A stretch of 63,371 bases of DNA, the filler included, from Lenisia limosa (lineage: Eukaryota > Protista > Breviatea): NCBI GenBank assembly GCA_001655205.1. It is 14 parts of 14 records of this genome, joined end to end, with 100 filler letters (N's around TTAATTAATTAA, not from the genome) between each part and the next. Parts side by side here need not be neighbours in the genome. Positions count along the whole stretch, not along the records: positions 61,851 to 63,371 come from LPNZ01006557.1; 13 more parts are not named here. One strand, given 5' to 3'. A program made the translations under genes and the position numbers. Below are positions 63,277 to 63,371 of the stretch, one piece after another (the stretch's first letter is position 1; every line of letters begins with the position of its first letter). The notes beneath the pieces were generated by a model. The model saw nothing but the letters and a program-made list of their open reading frames with translations, did not search any database and was not told the DNA's origin.

Positions 63277-63371
63277 TATGTATATCATACACACACAAAC
63301 ACATACATACAATCTCCATATATGATATAACATAACGTTCGCTGGAGTGATGGGATGTGGCGCTGCAGAAG

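Noticed and set aside
1-63371. tRNA or rRNA genes, LTR retrotransposon or reverse transcriptase, telomeric repeats
   Set aside because: No cloverleaf, rRNA-conserved block, RT motif or telomere array was recognised by eye; tRNAscan and barrnap would be needed to exclude them formally.

Overview
Eukaryotic (protist-like, possibly amoebozoan; not provable here) draft nuclear DNA. The window is not one locus: 13 artificial N-TTAATTAATTAA-N spacers join 14 unrelated scaffold pieces, and many internal gaps fall at G/C runs. Genes are intron-rich (GT-AG, mostly about 40-70 nt, some several hundred nt), so the ORF track is mostly uninformative and I spliced the genes by hand. Recognisable genes: TBC RabGAP, ABCA-type transporter, CWC25, threonine synthase, COPA, an ependymin-like secreted protein, eIF3c, a mitochondrial carrier, a nocturnin-like phosphatase, and BTB and ankyrin proteins. 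Mobile DNA: a complete TA-flanked pogo/Fot1-like transposon with introns, a decayed relative, an IS66/MULE-like DDE gene, a YqaJ-like nuclease gene and at least six small dispersed repeat families. Most interesting: (1) a TM-less R-SNARE fused to degenerate Rho-like GTPase sequence whose best P-loop follows G5; (2) four box C/D snoRNAs in four long eIF3c introns, three carrying the same 18S guide; (3) a roughly 140-bp repeat that repeatedly ends in, and appears to supply, the 3' splice site of long introns.
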